A stretch of DNA of 46,756 nucleotides, from assembly GCA_035258565.1 (NCBI GenBank), contig DATFXF010000279.1:1-46756 (forward strand), written 5' to 3'. This stretch comes from Candidatus Acidiferrales bacterium (lineage in GTDB: Bacteria > Acidobacteriota > Terriglobia > Acidiferrales > UBA7541). A model generated the notes under the pieces. The model did no database searches and was not told where the DNA came from. It saw nothing but the letters and a program-made list of their open reading frames with translations. Within the stretch, counting starts at the first letter, position 1. Every line of letters begins with the position of its first letter. Both the position numbers and the translations under genes were made by a program. This document shows positions 34,730 through 43,984 of the stretch, one piece after another.

Positions 34730-34965
34730 ACTGTCGAGGAGTGGTCCGAGAGCTTTCCGATTACCTGGATAGTGAGCTCGATGCGCACGCTCGCGAGGAG
34801 CTCGAACGCCACCTGGCAAACTGCATCGATTGTCGACTGGTCGTGGACACGACCCGTAAGACGATCCAGATCTTTTGCAACTCAGAGCCGGTGCCCCTGC
34901 CAGAGGACGTTCGCGCTCGCCTGCATAAGGCGTTGGAAAAGCGTTTGCGCCAGCAACCAACCTGA
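34726..34965 (+). CDS. Soluble zinc-binding anti-sigma factor (ZAS, zf-HC2; RsrA-like, no TM segment)
   Basis: 79 aa. Cys3 plus HLANCIDC (H-x3-C-x2-C). TTG start overlaps the sigma factor stop (TTGA). Confidence 0.7.
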   Translation: MNCRGVVRELSDYLDSELDAHAREELERHLANCIDCRLVVDTTRKTIQIFCNSEPVPLPEDVRARLHKALEKRLRQQPT

Positions 34966-34998
34966 GCCTAGCGTTCGAGTCACCTGCCGGGCGGCGTC

Positions 34999-35025
34999 GG
35001 CGCAAGCGATTGCGTCCAAGCTTTT
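34999..35025 (+). terminator. Putative intrinsic terminator after the sigma/anti-sigma pair
   Basis: A 7-bp stem GGCGCAA/TTGCGTC (one G-U pair) with a GCGA tetraloop, and a TTTT run 5 nt downstream. It sits in a convergent intergenic region. Confidence 0.4.
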
Positions 35026-35042
35026 GGCGGGGCCGCGCTACC

Positions 35043-36017
35043 TCATGAACCACCCGCTTCCCAGAGAGGAACCTGCCAGCCGACCTTCCGCTCCCGGGCC
35101 AGCTCGAAGACGCGCACCGCCAGCGCGACATCCCAGATTGCGATCCCATTGGATTTGAATAGGGTGACCTGCTGGGCATCAGTTCGCCCGGGCGTTTTTC
35201 CGGCAACAATTTCGGCCAGCTCGCGTACGGTGGTCCAACGCCCAGGATCCGCTCGAAACGCCTGGATCAAGTCGCCCGCTTCCATCTTCGACTGCTCGAT
35301 CAGATCGACCGCAATGATGGCGGCGCGACCCACCGCCTCGTCATCAAGCTCGCGCTTCTGCGGAAAATTCGCGCCAATGGCGTTCACATGCGTCCCCGGG
35401 GCAAGCCACGCGCCAAGCACAACCGGCTGCGAGGCCGTCGTCGCTGAAACCACGATATCCAGCCCGCGAACGGCCTCTTCAGCGGAACCTGCGGGGCGGA
35501 CGGGAATACCCAGCTTGGCCTCGATCTCCTCGCAAAACCGTTTGCGGCGCTCCCGATCTCGGCCAAAGGCGCGGATGCTTGTGATCTTCCGAACAGCAGC
35601 CAGGGCCTCGAGCTGCGTGAGCGCCTGGAGCCCGGTTCCAACAATGCCCAGGGTCTGCGCATTGGCGCGGGACATGAATTTCGTGGCCACGCCGCTTGCT
35701 GCTCCGGTGCGCATTTGGCCGAGGTAGCCGGCTTCGATCAGCGCGACGAGCTCTCCGGTACTGGCAAGGTAGAGCGGCACGAGAAATCGCAACACGCCGC
35801 GCACGCTGGTGTAGAGCTTCATACCCAGGTAGCCGCTTCCTGTGTCGGCAGCGGCCATGTAGTGGAGGAAGGCCTTTTCCGGGAGCTCGAGCCTCCGGCG
35901 CGGATGCACAATGGCCTCGCCCGCAGCCTGCCGCCGAAAAGCTTCCTCAACGGCCTCCAGGGCCAGGGGCATCGTCAAGAGCGCTTGCACATCGGCTTCG
36001 CGGAGTAACAGGGCCAT
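35043..36017 (-). CDS. Ornithine cyclodeaminase / mu-crystallin family protein
   Basis: The internal ATG with a GAGGAGG SD gives MALLLREADVQALLTMPLALEAVEEAF. G(I)VGTGLQA Rossmann motif and ...HVNAIGA. Confidence 0.8.
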   Translation of the reverse strand: MALLLREADVQALLTMPLALEAVEEAFRRQAAGEAIVHPRRRLELPEKAFLHYMAAADTGSGYLGMKLYTSVRGVLRFLVPLYLASTGELVALIEAGYLGQMRTGAASGVATKFMSRANAQTLGIVGTGLQALTQLEALAAVRKITSIRAFGRDRERRKRFCEEIEAKLGIPVRPAGSAEEAVRGLDIVVSATTASQPVVLGAWLAPGTHVNAIGANFPQKRELDDEAVGRAAIIAVDLIEQSKMEAGDLIQAFRADPGRWTTVRELAEIVAGKTPGRTDAQQVTLFKSNGIAIWDVALAVRVFELARERKVGWQVPLWEAGGS

Positions 36018-36073
36018 GGGGAGCCTCCTCGGACTGTCAAAGAGCGTCACCCAGTGCGGAACCGAACCGGGGT

Positions 36074-37123
36074 TTAGTGGTGCTGTCGAACCGATGCGCG
36101 TTCCCCTTCGCGCACCCGGCGGACCACGGTCTGGCGCATTCGGTAAACACGCTGCTGCTTGCCCAGCTTGCCCAGGGCGGCAAATCGAAACTCCGGCTCG
36201 CCTGTTGCGGCCGCTTTCTCCACTCGGATCGGAAGGTATCCGCACAGGCCGCTTTCGACGTAGGCGGTCTCATAGCGCTTGCGCCGGGCCCCCCAGGTGT
36301 ACACGCGGAGCATGGTGAAGTCGCAAGGTTGGCCTTCGCCGCCGCGCACGCCGGCGGCCAGGTATTGGGGCTTTTCCTCACCTTCATCGGGAACCCGATT
36401 CAGCTCAAACCACGCAACTACGCGCATGCCCGAAGACGACGTGTAATCGCGGATCGGCCCGGGCAGGTCCAACTCGACGAAGCGCGCCAGGACCCAGCCG
36501 GCAATGGGAATTGATTCCTCGGCCTTCACCATGGCGCTCTCGATTCTCCCGGCGCCGGTGCTACTCGAGGCGAAACCTCGCACCAGGAACCAGTCTTCGC
36601 GCCGAGTTTTCAGCTCCCGTTCAGACACCTCTTTAGCCGCTGGCTGGCCCTCTTCGGTCGAAGGCGACCATTCGGCCGCGGCCCGTAAGAGCACTTCGAC
36701 GGGCGCACCGTGCGGAAACTGGTAGATGCGCGGAGCCGCGCGCCCCGGTTCAATGCGCACGTTGCTGCTGACTTTGGTGCGGCCGCGCGCTTGCACGGGC
36801 ATGCCGCGCGCCTGGGCCAACCCTTGCCCGCAGCGCTGCCAGAGCGCGGCATCCATCAACACGCGCGCTTCCAACCAGCCGCGGAGACCCTGCGCTGTGC
36901 GGATTTCGGCCTGCTCCCCCCGGCGTTCGAGGATCGCTACCTTTTCGCCGTAGCGGAGCGTGGCCACCTGCTGTTTGACTTGCGCGAGGCTGCTCCAGAG
37001 AGCAGCGCTGCGCTCGCCGACATAAGCTTCGCTTCCGCTCTGCGGGCGGGGGCGCAGCCACCAGTAGCCCGCCATCAACACAAAAAGTGCGAGCGGCAGG
37101 ATTCGCCAGATGCGGCGCATCAC
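36074..37123 (-). CDS. Membrane-anchored hypothetical protein with SH3b-like repeats
   Basis: N-terminal TM anchor RRIWRILPLALFVLMAGYWWL. Segments such as LRYGEKVAILERRGEQAEIRTAQGLRGWLEARVL resemble bacterial SH3 domains. Confidence 0.55.
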   Translation of the reverse strand: MMRRIWRILPLALFVLMAGYWWLRPRPQSGSEAYVGERSAALWSSLAQVKQQVATLRYGEKVAILERRGEQAEIRTAQGLRGWLEARVLMDAALWQRCGQGLAQARGMPVQARGRTKVSSNVRIEPGRAAPRIYQFPHGAPVEVLLRAAAEWSPSTEEGQPAAKEVSERELKTRREDWFLVRGFASSSTGAGRIESAMVKAEESIPIAGWVLARFVELDLPGPIRDYTSSSGMRVVAWFELNRVPDEGEEKPQYLAAGVRGGEGQPCDFTMLRVYTWGARRKRYETAYVESGLCGYLPIRVEKAAATGEPEFRFAALGKLGKQQRVYRMRQTVVRRVREGERASVRQHH

Positions 37124-37318
37124 GGGTCATCCGTGAATGAGGTGCCCACGATGGAGCGGATGTCTAGGGTCATGAACTGTGGGGTGCGGTCGCGCCCGGA
37201 GATCCATTCTACACCATTCCCCGGCCGCGGCCGCGAAGCGGCGCGATCCTCGGCGCTGAAAAAGATTCTGTTAGAATGCAGGCGGCATGCTCCGCTGGGG
37301 AACAAGAAAGGAAGACCG

Positions 37319-37741
37319 ATGGACTTCCTCGAAAAACTGAAGCCGCTTGGGTTCCTGCTGCTGCGCTGTGCCCTGGGAATCATCTTCATCTCTCATGGCT
37401 TTCCCAAGCTTTTCGGGCAAACGGCGAACTGGCTCGAGGGATTCTCCCGCATGGGCTTCCCTCCGTATTTCGCCTACATTGCCGGCGTGGTCGAGTTTTT
37501 CGGCGGCTGCCTACTGATCGCCGGGTTGTTCACGCGCGTGGCGGGCTTATTGATCGCCGGGGAGATGGCCGTCGCCATCTGGAAGGTCCACCTGCCGCAG
37601 GGGATCTACGTCGTAAAGAACTACGAGTTCCCGATGGCCCTTTGCGCCGCTGCATTCACGTTGGCCACCGTCGGCGCGGGCGTGCTGTCGCTCGATCACG
37701 CCATCTTCCGCAGGAAGACAAAAGTCAGAACGAAAGGGTAG
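37319..37741 (+). CDS. DoxX family membrane protein
   Basis: The internal ATG with an AAGGAAG SD gives MDFLEKLKPLGFLLLRCALGIIFISHGFPKLFG...EFFGGCLLIAGLFTR, a typical DoxX sequence. Confidence 0.85.
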   Translation: MDFLEKLKPLGFLLLRCALGIIFISHGFPKLFGQTANWLEGFSRMGFPPYFAYIAGVVEFFGGCLLIAGLFTRVAGLLIAGEMAVAIWKVHLPQGIYVVKNYEFPMALCAAAFTLATVGAGVLSLDHAIFRRKTKVRTKG

Positions 37742-37750
37742 CGGTTCACT

Positions 37751-38143
37751 CTACCAGAGCTGTTTGCCGTGGACTTCCTTGAGGTAGTAGTCCCAGGGGC
37801 CATAGAGACCTGCATAGATGGCCAAGAACACCCATCCCACTCCCGCCGTTCCGATGGCGACCAAGAAGTACAACGCCGCCTTGGCCGGCAGGCCCTTGAA
37901 CAGATACCAGAAGGCACCAAAGAAGAAGGCTGGCCAGTTCCAGTGCGTCTGCATCTGGCTCGGTCGTTGGTCGAATCTCTCGAACATTTGCCGCCAGTAC
38001 GGCGGCAAGTAGTCATACTTGCCTCCGAGAGGCGCGGTGGCGCCGCTGGCGGCTCGAGTTGCCTCGGGGGCGGTCGGCGTGCCACAGGCCCCGCAGGACT
38101 GCGCCTGCTGTTCGAGAGGCGCTCCGCACTTGGAGCAGTACAG
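37751..38143 (-). CDS. Zinc-ribbon + DUF2628-like membrane protein (start codon unresolved)
   Basis: LYCSKCGAPLEQQAQSCGACG zinc ribbon followed by HWNWPAFFFGAFWYLFKG (DUF2628-like). There is no ATG/GTG/TTG between the upstream stop (38166) and the zinc ribbon. CTG at 38143 is the nearest candidate. Confidence 0.55.
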   Translation of the reverse strand: MYCSKCGAPLEQQAQSCGACGTPTAPEATRAASGATAPLGGKYDYLPPYWRQMFERFDQRPSQMQTHWNWPAFFFGAFWYLFKGLPAKAALYFLVAIGTAGVGWVFLAIYAGLYGPWDYYLKEVHGKQLW

Positions 38144-38165
38144 GTTCGTCTCCTCGGGAACGGCC

Positions 38166-38507
38166 TTAGCTCGACGGCGCAGCCTGAGCGGTCGTGGCCT
38201 CGACGGTCCGAGGCAGCGGCGCCTTAGGCATGATGATCCAGGCGGCCAAGTAGCCCAAAATCGCGGGCACGACCGGCACCGGCAAGACCACCAGGAACAC
38301 CCACACCAGGCGGACAATCGTGGAGTCCACCTCAAAGTATTCGGCGAAGCCGCCGCAGACGCCGGCGATCTTCGAATCGGTCGACGACCGCATCAAGCGC
38401 TTGCGAGTGGGGATTCCTTTCTGCGAGGCCGCCTGCTGGCGCGCGCCGCAGAAGTAGCAAAAGTTTGAGTACTCAGCAATTTCACGCTGGCAATTTGGGC
38501 AAATCAT
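38166..38507 (-). CDS. Zinc-ribbon + PspC domain membrane protein
   Basis: The internal ATG with a GGGAGGGA SD gives MICPNCQREIAEYSNFCYFCG. The PspC motif is KRLMRSSTDSKIAGVCGGFAEYFEVDSTIVRLVWVF. Confidence 0.8.
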   Translation of the reverse strand: MICPNCQREIAEYSNFCYFCGARQQAASQKGIPTRKRLMRSSTDSKIAGVCGGFAEYFEVDSTIVRLVWVFLVVLPVPVVPAILGYLAAWIIMPKAPLPRTVEATTAQAAPSS

Positions 38508-38611
38508 CGTTTCCCTCCCTGCTTCCACTGGGCCGAGCAGATGCAACCCTTTCGATTCTCTTTACGGGCGGCTCCTCGAGAAAGTTCCCTGGGCGCCGCC
38601 CCGGCGGACCC

Positions 38612-40768
38612 TCAAAAAGCCACCAGCTCGCGCACGGCGGCAACGATGTCTTCGGTCTGCGGGAGAATCTCATCCTCGAGCTTGGGCTGATAAGCGCAGA
38701 AGGTGTCCATGGCGGCGACGCGGCGGACCGGCGCATCGAGATCGCTGAAAAGCTCGTCCGCGATGCGTGCGGCAATCTCCGCCCCATAGCCCCAGGAAAG
38801 GGTGTCTTCGTATGCGACTATTACGCGGCTGGTCTTGCGCACCGAAGTCGTGATCGCTTCCCAGTCGTAAGGGCTGAGCGTGCGCAGGTCGAGAATCTCG
38901 AGCGAGACGTTCTCTCGCTCGAGCTGTGCGGCGGCCACCTCGGCGCGATGCACCACCGCGCCGTAGCTGACCACGGTCACATCGGTGCCTTCGCGGGCTA
39001 TGCGGGCCTTTCCGAACGGGATCGTAAAGTCCGGTCCGGGATAAGGCGAGCGGTTGTAGGGCTGCCGGTAGAGGTGTTTGTGCTCGAGGAACATCACCGG
39101 ATCGTCGGCACGGATGGCCGTGCGCAGCAGGCCGCTGACATCGAGCGCTGTCGAGGGCATCACGACCCGCAGCCCCGGACAGTGCGCGAAGATCACTTCG
39201 CCGCATTGGCTGTGGTAGATGGCACCACCGGTCAGATAGCCGCCGATCGCGACGCGGACCACTACCGGACACTTGAAACTACCCGCCGAGCGCCAGCGCA
39301 TGACCGCGAGCTCGTTGCGGAGCTGCATCATCGCCGGCCAGATGTAGTCGAAGAATTGGATTTCAGGGACGGGCTTCAGCCCCCGCGTGGCCATGCCGAT
39401 GGCACGGCCGACGATTCCCGCTTCAGCGAGGGGCGAATTGAAAACGCGTTTCGCGCCAAAGCGCCGCTGGAGGCCGGCGGTGGCCTTGAAGACGCCGCCC
39501 TTCCCCTTCACCTTTTCGAGATTCTCCTCGCGACTGCAATCGGCCACATCCTCGCCAAAGATCAAGATGCGCTCGTCACGCGCCATTTCGTCGGCAAGCG
39601 TGAGGGTGACCATCTCGACCATCGTCTTGGGCTCGCCTGGGAATTGCGGCGCAACCTCAAACTTGGGTCCGGTCGGGTCCACGTCGGGCGAATACACCCA
39701 CAGGACGATGGACTCCTTCGAAGGCAGCTCGGCCGCGAGTGCGCGGTCAGTGGCCTCGCGGACTTCGCGATCCACGTCGGCCTCGAGCGCTTCGAGCTCC
39801 TTTTCGTCCAGGATGCTTTCGCGCACGAGGAAGAGACCGAACTTCGGGAGCGGATCGCGCTGCGCTTCTTCCTCGCGCTCCTCCGGCGGCTTGTAGAGCT
39901 TCTCGTCGTCCGAGAGTGAGTGCGAATACGGCCGAATGACGTGCGCGTGGACCAGGGCCGGTCCCTTGCGCGCGCGACAGTACTCCGCCACCTTGCGGCA
40001 GGCCCGATAGCTTTCGAGCGGATCGGTGCCATCGCACTCTTCGATGTGCAGGTCGGGAAAGCCCGAGACGAGTTTTGAGATGCTGCCGCCGGCCGTCTGC
40101 ACCTCGATCGGCACAGAGATCGCGTAGCCGTTGTCCTCGACCATGAAAAGCACGGGTAGCTTTTTCGAGCACGCCACATTCAGCGCTTCGAAAAATTCAC
40201 CCTCGCTCGTCGTGCCGTCGCCGCCCGAGACGTAAACCACTTCGTCGCGCTCGTGGCCCACCGCGTGGCCAAGCGGCGCCCTCTGCGCCTGCTCGAGCGC
40301 ACGCGGAAATTCATCATAATAGAGAGAAGCCTCGGCCGCACCAACGGCCTGGAGCCACTGCGTGCCCGTTGGCGAAGACTTGCTCACAAGGTTTAGCTTC
40401 TGGCTGCCCCAGTGCGAGGGCATCTGGCGGCCGGCTGAGCTGGGGTCGTCTCTTGAGCCGACTGCCGCGAGCAACATCTCATACGGCGTCACGCCGAGCA
40501 TCAGGCAGAGCGCGCGGTCGCGATAGTAAGGATAGAACCAATCGTAACCCGGCTTGAGCACGAGCCCCGCCGCCACCAGAATGGCTTCGTGCCCTGCGCC
40601 GCTGATCTGGAAGAAAATCTTGTTCTGGCGCTTGAGTTGAATTTCGCGGTCGTCAATCCGCCGGGAGAGGTACATCGTGCGGTAGAGGCGAATCAAGGTC
40701 TCGCGGTCGAGCCCGTGGTATTTGCTGGCGTCAAACTTTCCTGCCTTGACGCGCGCCTGCACCGCCAT
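38612..40768 (-). CDS. 2-oxoacid (branched-chain/pyruvate type) dehydrogenase E1 component, fused alpha-beta subunits
   Basis: 718 aa. The alpha part has a TPP motif (...[10 protein letters not shown]...N) and the beta part has ...FGEDVA...[13 protein letters not shown].... No E2 or E3 gene is adjacent. Confidence 0.85.
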   Translation of the reverse strand: MAVQARVKAGKFDASKYHGLDRETLIRLYRTMYLSRRIDDREIQLKRQNKIFFQISGAGHEAILVAAGLVLKPGYDWFYPYYRDRALCLMLGVTPYEMLLAAVGSRDDPSSAGRQMPSHWGSQKLNLVSKSSPTGTQWLQAVGAAEASLYYDEFPRALEQAQRAPLGHAVGHERDEVVYVSGGDGTTSEGEFFEALNVACSKKLPVLFMVEDNGYAISVPIEVQTAGGSISKLVSGFPDLHIEECDGTDPLESYRACRKVAEYCRARKGPALVHAHVIRPYSHSLSDDEKLYKPPEEREEEAQRDPLPKFGLFLVRESILDEKELEALEADVDREVREATDRALAAELPSKESIVLWVYSPDVDPTGPKFEVAPQFPGEPKTMVEMVTLTLADEMARDERILIFGEDVADCSREENLEKVKGKGGVFKATAGLQRRFGAKRVFNSPLAEAGIVGRAIGMATRGLKPVPEIQFFDYIWPAMMQLRNELAVMRWRSAGSFKCPVVVRVAIGGYLTGGAIYHSQCGEVIFAHCPGLRVVMPSTALDVSGLLRTAIRADDPVMFLEHKHLYRQPYNRSPYPGPDFTIPFGKARIAREGTDVTVVSYGAVVHRAEVAAAQLERENVSLEILDLRTLSPYDWEAITTSVRKTSRVIVAYEDTLSWGYGAEIAARIADELFSDLDAPVRRVAAMDTFCAYQPKLEDEILPQTEDIVAAVRELVAF

Positions 40769-40820
40769 TCGCTGTCACCTCATTTCCTATCGTGCGCAAC
40801 CGTGGAGAGCCTCATTATAA

Positions 40821-40858
40821 CGAAAAGGAACACCGCCGGCCGAAAAACGATCGGCGGT
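40821..40858 (-). terminator. Putative intrinsic terminator after the 40878-41276 gene
   Basis: Perfect 7-bp stem ACCGCCG (40832-40838) / CGGCGGT (40852-40858), followed on the minus strand by GTTCCTTTTCGTT. A TATAAT (comp 40814-40819) follows and could serve the E1 gene. Confidence 0.45.
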
Positions 40859-40877
40859 ACTCGGGCGCATGGCCTGG

Positions 40878-41276
40878 CTACGGCAGGGAGTCAAAAAGCT
40901 CTGCGGTCCCCTCGAAGCCATCCTCGCCGTGACGGATGATCTTCGGCGCGGCGTCCTTGAATGGCTCCTCACCCGGGATGCGCTCGAGCCAGCGCTGGTG
41001 CGAGAGCTTCTCGTGATCGGAGAAGTCTAACCGCACGATCAGGCGGATGCGTTCTTGGGCGACCGTTTCCTCCCGAACGCCCTTGGCCGGCGAAGACTTC
41101 TTCTTCGGGGCGCCTTGCTTGCCGCTTTCGCCGACTTCGGCCTCCTGCCGCTCGAACTTGAGTTGCATCTTCTTGTCCAGGCGGAAGGCCTGTCTCCAGC
41201 CCGCAATGCGGTGACGTGCGTGTTGGGCAGCCTCCTCGTTCGCCCCGAAATCGAAAATCAGATACGATTGCGCCAT
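40878..41276 (-). CDS. Hypothetical protein (132 aa)
   Basis: High-GC3 ORF with a Lys-rich low-complexity centre and no recognisable motif. Confidence 0.5.
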   Translation of the reverse strand: MAQSYLIFDFGANEEAAQHARHRIAGWRQAFRLDKKMQLKFERQEAEVGESGKQGAPKKKSSPAKGVREETVAQERIRLIVRLDFSDHEKLSHQRWLERIPGEEPFKDAAPKIIRHGEDGFEGTAELFDSLP

Positions 41277-41602
41277 GTTTCGACGTATAGCCGCTTGCGC
41301 GCCTGCCTGTCAAGCGGCTCTCGTCCTTGCCTACGCGCTGGCCTTTCCGGCGCCACTCAGGGCCGAAGGCGAGAAAGTCCGCGCGGAACGATACGAGATC
41401 GAGGTCACCTTCCTGGTGAACTGGCCCGAAGCGCCCGATAAGACCACACGGCTCGTGCCGAGCTTGAAGCACTGGCTCACTAACTGTAAGCCAGCGATCC
41501 CGGGCAAACTTGGCCCTGCCGCAAGGCCGCGAAAATGGTTGCCAGGCCCGCCTCGAGCGTGGTAGCTTTGCCTTTGAGCGAAGAAAAAGCGAAGGAGGAG
41601 CC

Positions 41603-43984
41603 GTGCCCCATCCCCAGGCCGTTCTCCTGGAAGCTGGTGACTGCCTCGCGCGAGTCCACGACCTCGTCGCCCAGCTCGCCGCTCGCGATGCCACCGGCGA
41701 AGTCCTGACCGCCGTCGAGCATATCCCGGCGCGGCAAGCCGAATGGGCGCCGATGCCTGCCTGGGTGCGACCCGAGCTCGTTCGAGCCTACTGCGCAAAG
41801 GGCATCGAACGCCTCTACACGCACCAAGCCGCGGCCGCGGAACGCGTGCGCGCGCGACGCAACGTCGTCGTGGTCACGCCGACCGCTTCAGGCAAAACAA
41901 TCTGCTATAACCTGCCGGTAATTAACGCCGTCCTCGAGAATCCGGATACGCGGGCCCTCTACCTCTTCCCTACCAAGGCACTGGCCCAGGACCAGCTCGC
42001 TGAGCTCGACGACCTCGGCCGGCGCCTCCCGGACGGTTTCGGCGTCTTCACCTACGATGGCGACACGCCTGCTGACGCGCGCAAGTCTATCCGCGAGCTG
42101 GGACACCTCGTGCTGACCAACCCCGACATGTTGCACACCGGCATCCTGCCTCACCACACACGCTGGATGCGCTTGTTCGAAAACCTTCGCTACATCGTGC
42201 TCGACGAGCTGCACACGTATCGGGGCGTTTTCGGCAGCCACCTCGCGAATGTGCTGAGGCGCCTGCGGCGCATCGCGCGCTTTTACGGCAGCGAGCTGCA
42301 ATTTATCTGCTCCTCGGCCACAATCGCCAACCCGGGCGAGCTGGCCTCGCGGCTGATTGAGGCCGAGGTGGATGTGCTCGACTCGAATGGCGCGCCCGCG
42401 GCCGAGAAATTCATCATTTTCTATAACCCGCCCATCGTGAACCGCTATCTCGGCATCCGCCGCAGCTACATCAATGAAGCTTCGCGCGTGGCACAGGAAT
42501 TGCTAAAACGCAAGCTGCAAACCATCGTCTTCGCGAACAGTCGCCTGCACACCGAAGTTCTGCTGACGTATCTCCAGCGGGCGCACCGGCAACCGCCCAG
42601 CCAACCGGAGGCGATCCGCGGCTACCGCGGCGGCTACCTGCCCAGCGAGCGCCGCGAAATCGAGCGTGGCTTGCGCGAAGGCTCGATCCGCGGCGTAGTC
42701 TCGACCAACGCGCTCGAGCTCGGCATGGATATCGGCTCACTCGAGGCGGTCGTGCTGGCGGGCTATCCCGGCACGATTGCTTCTACCTGGCAGCGCGCGG
42801 GCCGGGCCGGGCGCCGCAGCGGCAGTTCCTGCGCCGTGCTGGTGGCCAGCTCCGCGCCGCTCGACCAGTTCATCGCCAAGCATCCCGACTACTTCTTCGG
42901 CCGCTCTCCCGAGCACGCCTTCATCCAGCCCGACAATCTGGAGATTCTGGTGAACCATCTGAAGTGCGCCGCATTCGAGCTCCCGCTGGGGGTCGAAGAG
43001 AAATTCGGCGAAGTGGATCTGCCGGCGCTTGCAGAGCGCTTGGCGGAGGCGGGCTTTCTCCACCGCACCGGTGAGCACTGGCACTGGACCGAGGAGGCCT
43101 ATCCGGCCGATACGATCAGCTTGCGGTCGGTCACTTCCGACAACTTTGTCATCATTGATATTGCCGGCGAGCCGGAAGTCATCGGCGAAGTGGATTTCCC
43201 GAGCGCTCTCACCATCTTGCATCCGCACGCAATTTATCTTCACCAAGGACAGCAATACCACGTCGAGCGGCTCGACTTCGCCGAGCACAAGGCCTACGTG
43301 AAGCGCGTGGAGGTAGACTATTTCACCAACGCGATCCGCTACACGCAGGTGCGCGTGCTCGAAGTCGCCGAACATGCGCGCGTCGGCCCGGCGCCTGCTG
43401 CCCGCGCCTATGGCGACGTCCTCGTGCGCTCGCAAGTTGTTGGCTTCAAGAAGATCAAGTTCTTCACCCATGAGAACGTCGGCGCAGGCAAGCTTGAATT
43501 GCCCGAAAATGAGATGCACACCACGGCGTTCTGGCTTACGCTCGAACGGCCGCTCGTGGAGTCGCTGCCGTTCCCGACGAGCGAGAAGCAGAACGGCATG
43601 TTCGGCCTGCTCTATGCTCTGGGCTCGGTGGCGACGCTGCTGCTCATGTGCGATCGCGGCGACCTCGGCACGGCCATCGGCGAGCGGCCGCCCCTCTCAG
43701 GGACGGAGGCCGGCTGGGCAGTGCCGCTCGAGGAAGGCGCGACCGAACAGCAAGGGGAGTTCTTTGAGCCGAATCTGTACCTTTACGATGCTTATCCGGG
43801 CGGCATTGGTTTCTCCGAGCCGCTTTACTGCAGACAGGACTTGCTGGTGCGCAGGACGCGCGAGTTGATCGCCGGCTGCGCGTGTGAGAGGGGCTGCCCT
43901 TCATGCGTCGGCCCCGCCGGGGAGAAAGGCGAACAAGCCAAGAAAGCCGCGCTGACCATTCTCGACGAGTTGTGCAGGGAGTGA
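41603..43984 (+). CDS. mrfA: MrfA/YprA-like DEXH-box helicase with a C-terminal DUF1998 (four-Cys) domain
   Basis: Nearly collinear by eye with B. subtilis YprA: VVTPTASGKTICYNLP, LYLFPTKALAQDQ, VLDELHTYRGVFGSH, GYRGGYLPSERREIERGLREG, TNALELGMDIG, QRAGRAGRR, and the C-terminal CACERGCPSCVG. The start is placed at GTG 41603, behind GAAGGAGGAG. Confidence 0.85.
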   Translation: MPHPQAVLLEAGDCLARVHDLVAQLAARDATGEVLTAVEHIPARQAEWAPMPAWVRPELVRAYCAKGIERLYTHQAAAAERVRARRNVVVVTPTASGKTICYNLPVINAVLENPDTRALYLFPTKALAQDQLAELDDLGRRLPDGFGVFTYDGDTPADARKSIRELGHLVLTNPDMLHTGILPHHTRWMRLFENLRYIVLDELHTYRGVFGSHLANVLRRLRRIARFYGSELQFICSSATIANPGELASRLIEAEVDVLDSNGAPAAEKFIIFYNPPIVNRYLGIRRSYINEASRVAQELLKRKLQTIVFANSRLHTEVLLTYLQRAHRQPPSQPEAIRGYRGGYLPSERREIERGLREGSIRGVVSTNALELGMDIGSLEAVVLAGYPGTIASTWQRAGRAGRRSGSSCAVLVASSAPLDQFIAKHPDYFFGRSPEHAFIQPDNLEILVNHLKCAAFELPLGVEEKFGEVDLPALAERLAEAGFLHRTGEHWHWTEEAYPADTISLRSVTSDNFVIIDIAGEPEVIGEVDFPSALTILHPHAIYLHQGQQYHVERLDFAEHKAYVKRVEVDYFTNAIRYTQVRVLEVAEHARVGPAPAARAYGDVLVRSQVVGFKKIKFFTHENVGAGKLELPENEMHTTAFWLTLERPLVESLPFPTSEKQNGMFGLLYALGSVATLLLMCDRGDLGTAIGERPPLSGTEAGWAVPLEEGATEQQGEFFEPNLYLYDAYPGGIGFSEPLYCRQDLLVRRTRELIAGCACERGCPSCVGPAGEKGEQAKKAALTILDELCRE

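Noticed and set aside
38465-39919. 484-aa plus-strand ORF
   Set aside because: It is antisense to the fused E1 dehydrogenase gene.
41275-41565. 96-aa plus-strand ORF with a signal-peptide-like N-terminus
   Set aside because: Its ATG overlaps the divergent gene's ATG (CATG), it has no SD, and its 3' third overlaps the region needed for the mrfA ribosome-binding site. I cannot support it as a gene. It is kept only as a note in the findings.
41277-41602. SOS (LexA) box upstream of mrfA
   Set aside because: No GTTC-N7-GTTC direct repeat or CTGT-N8-ACAG palindrome was found by eye.
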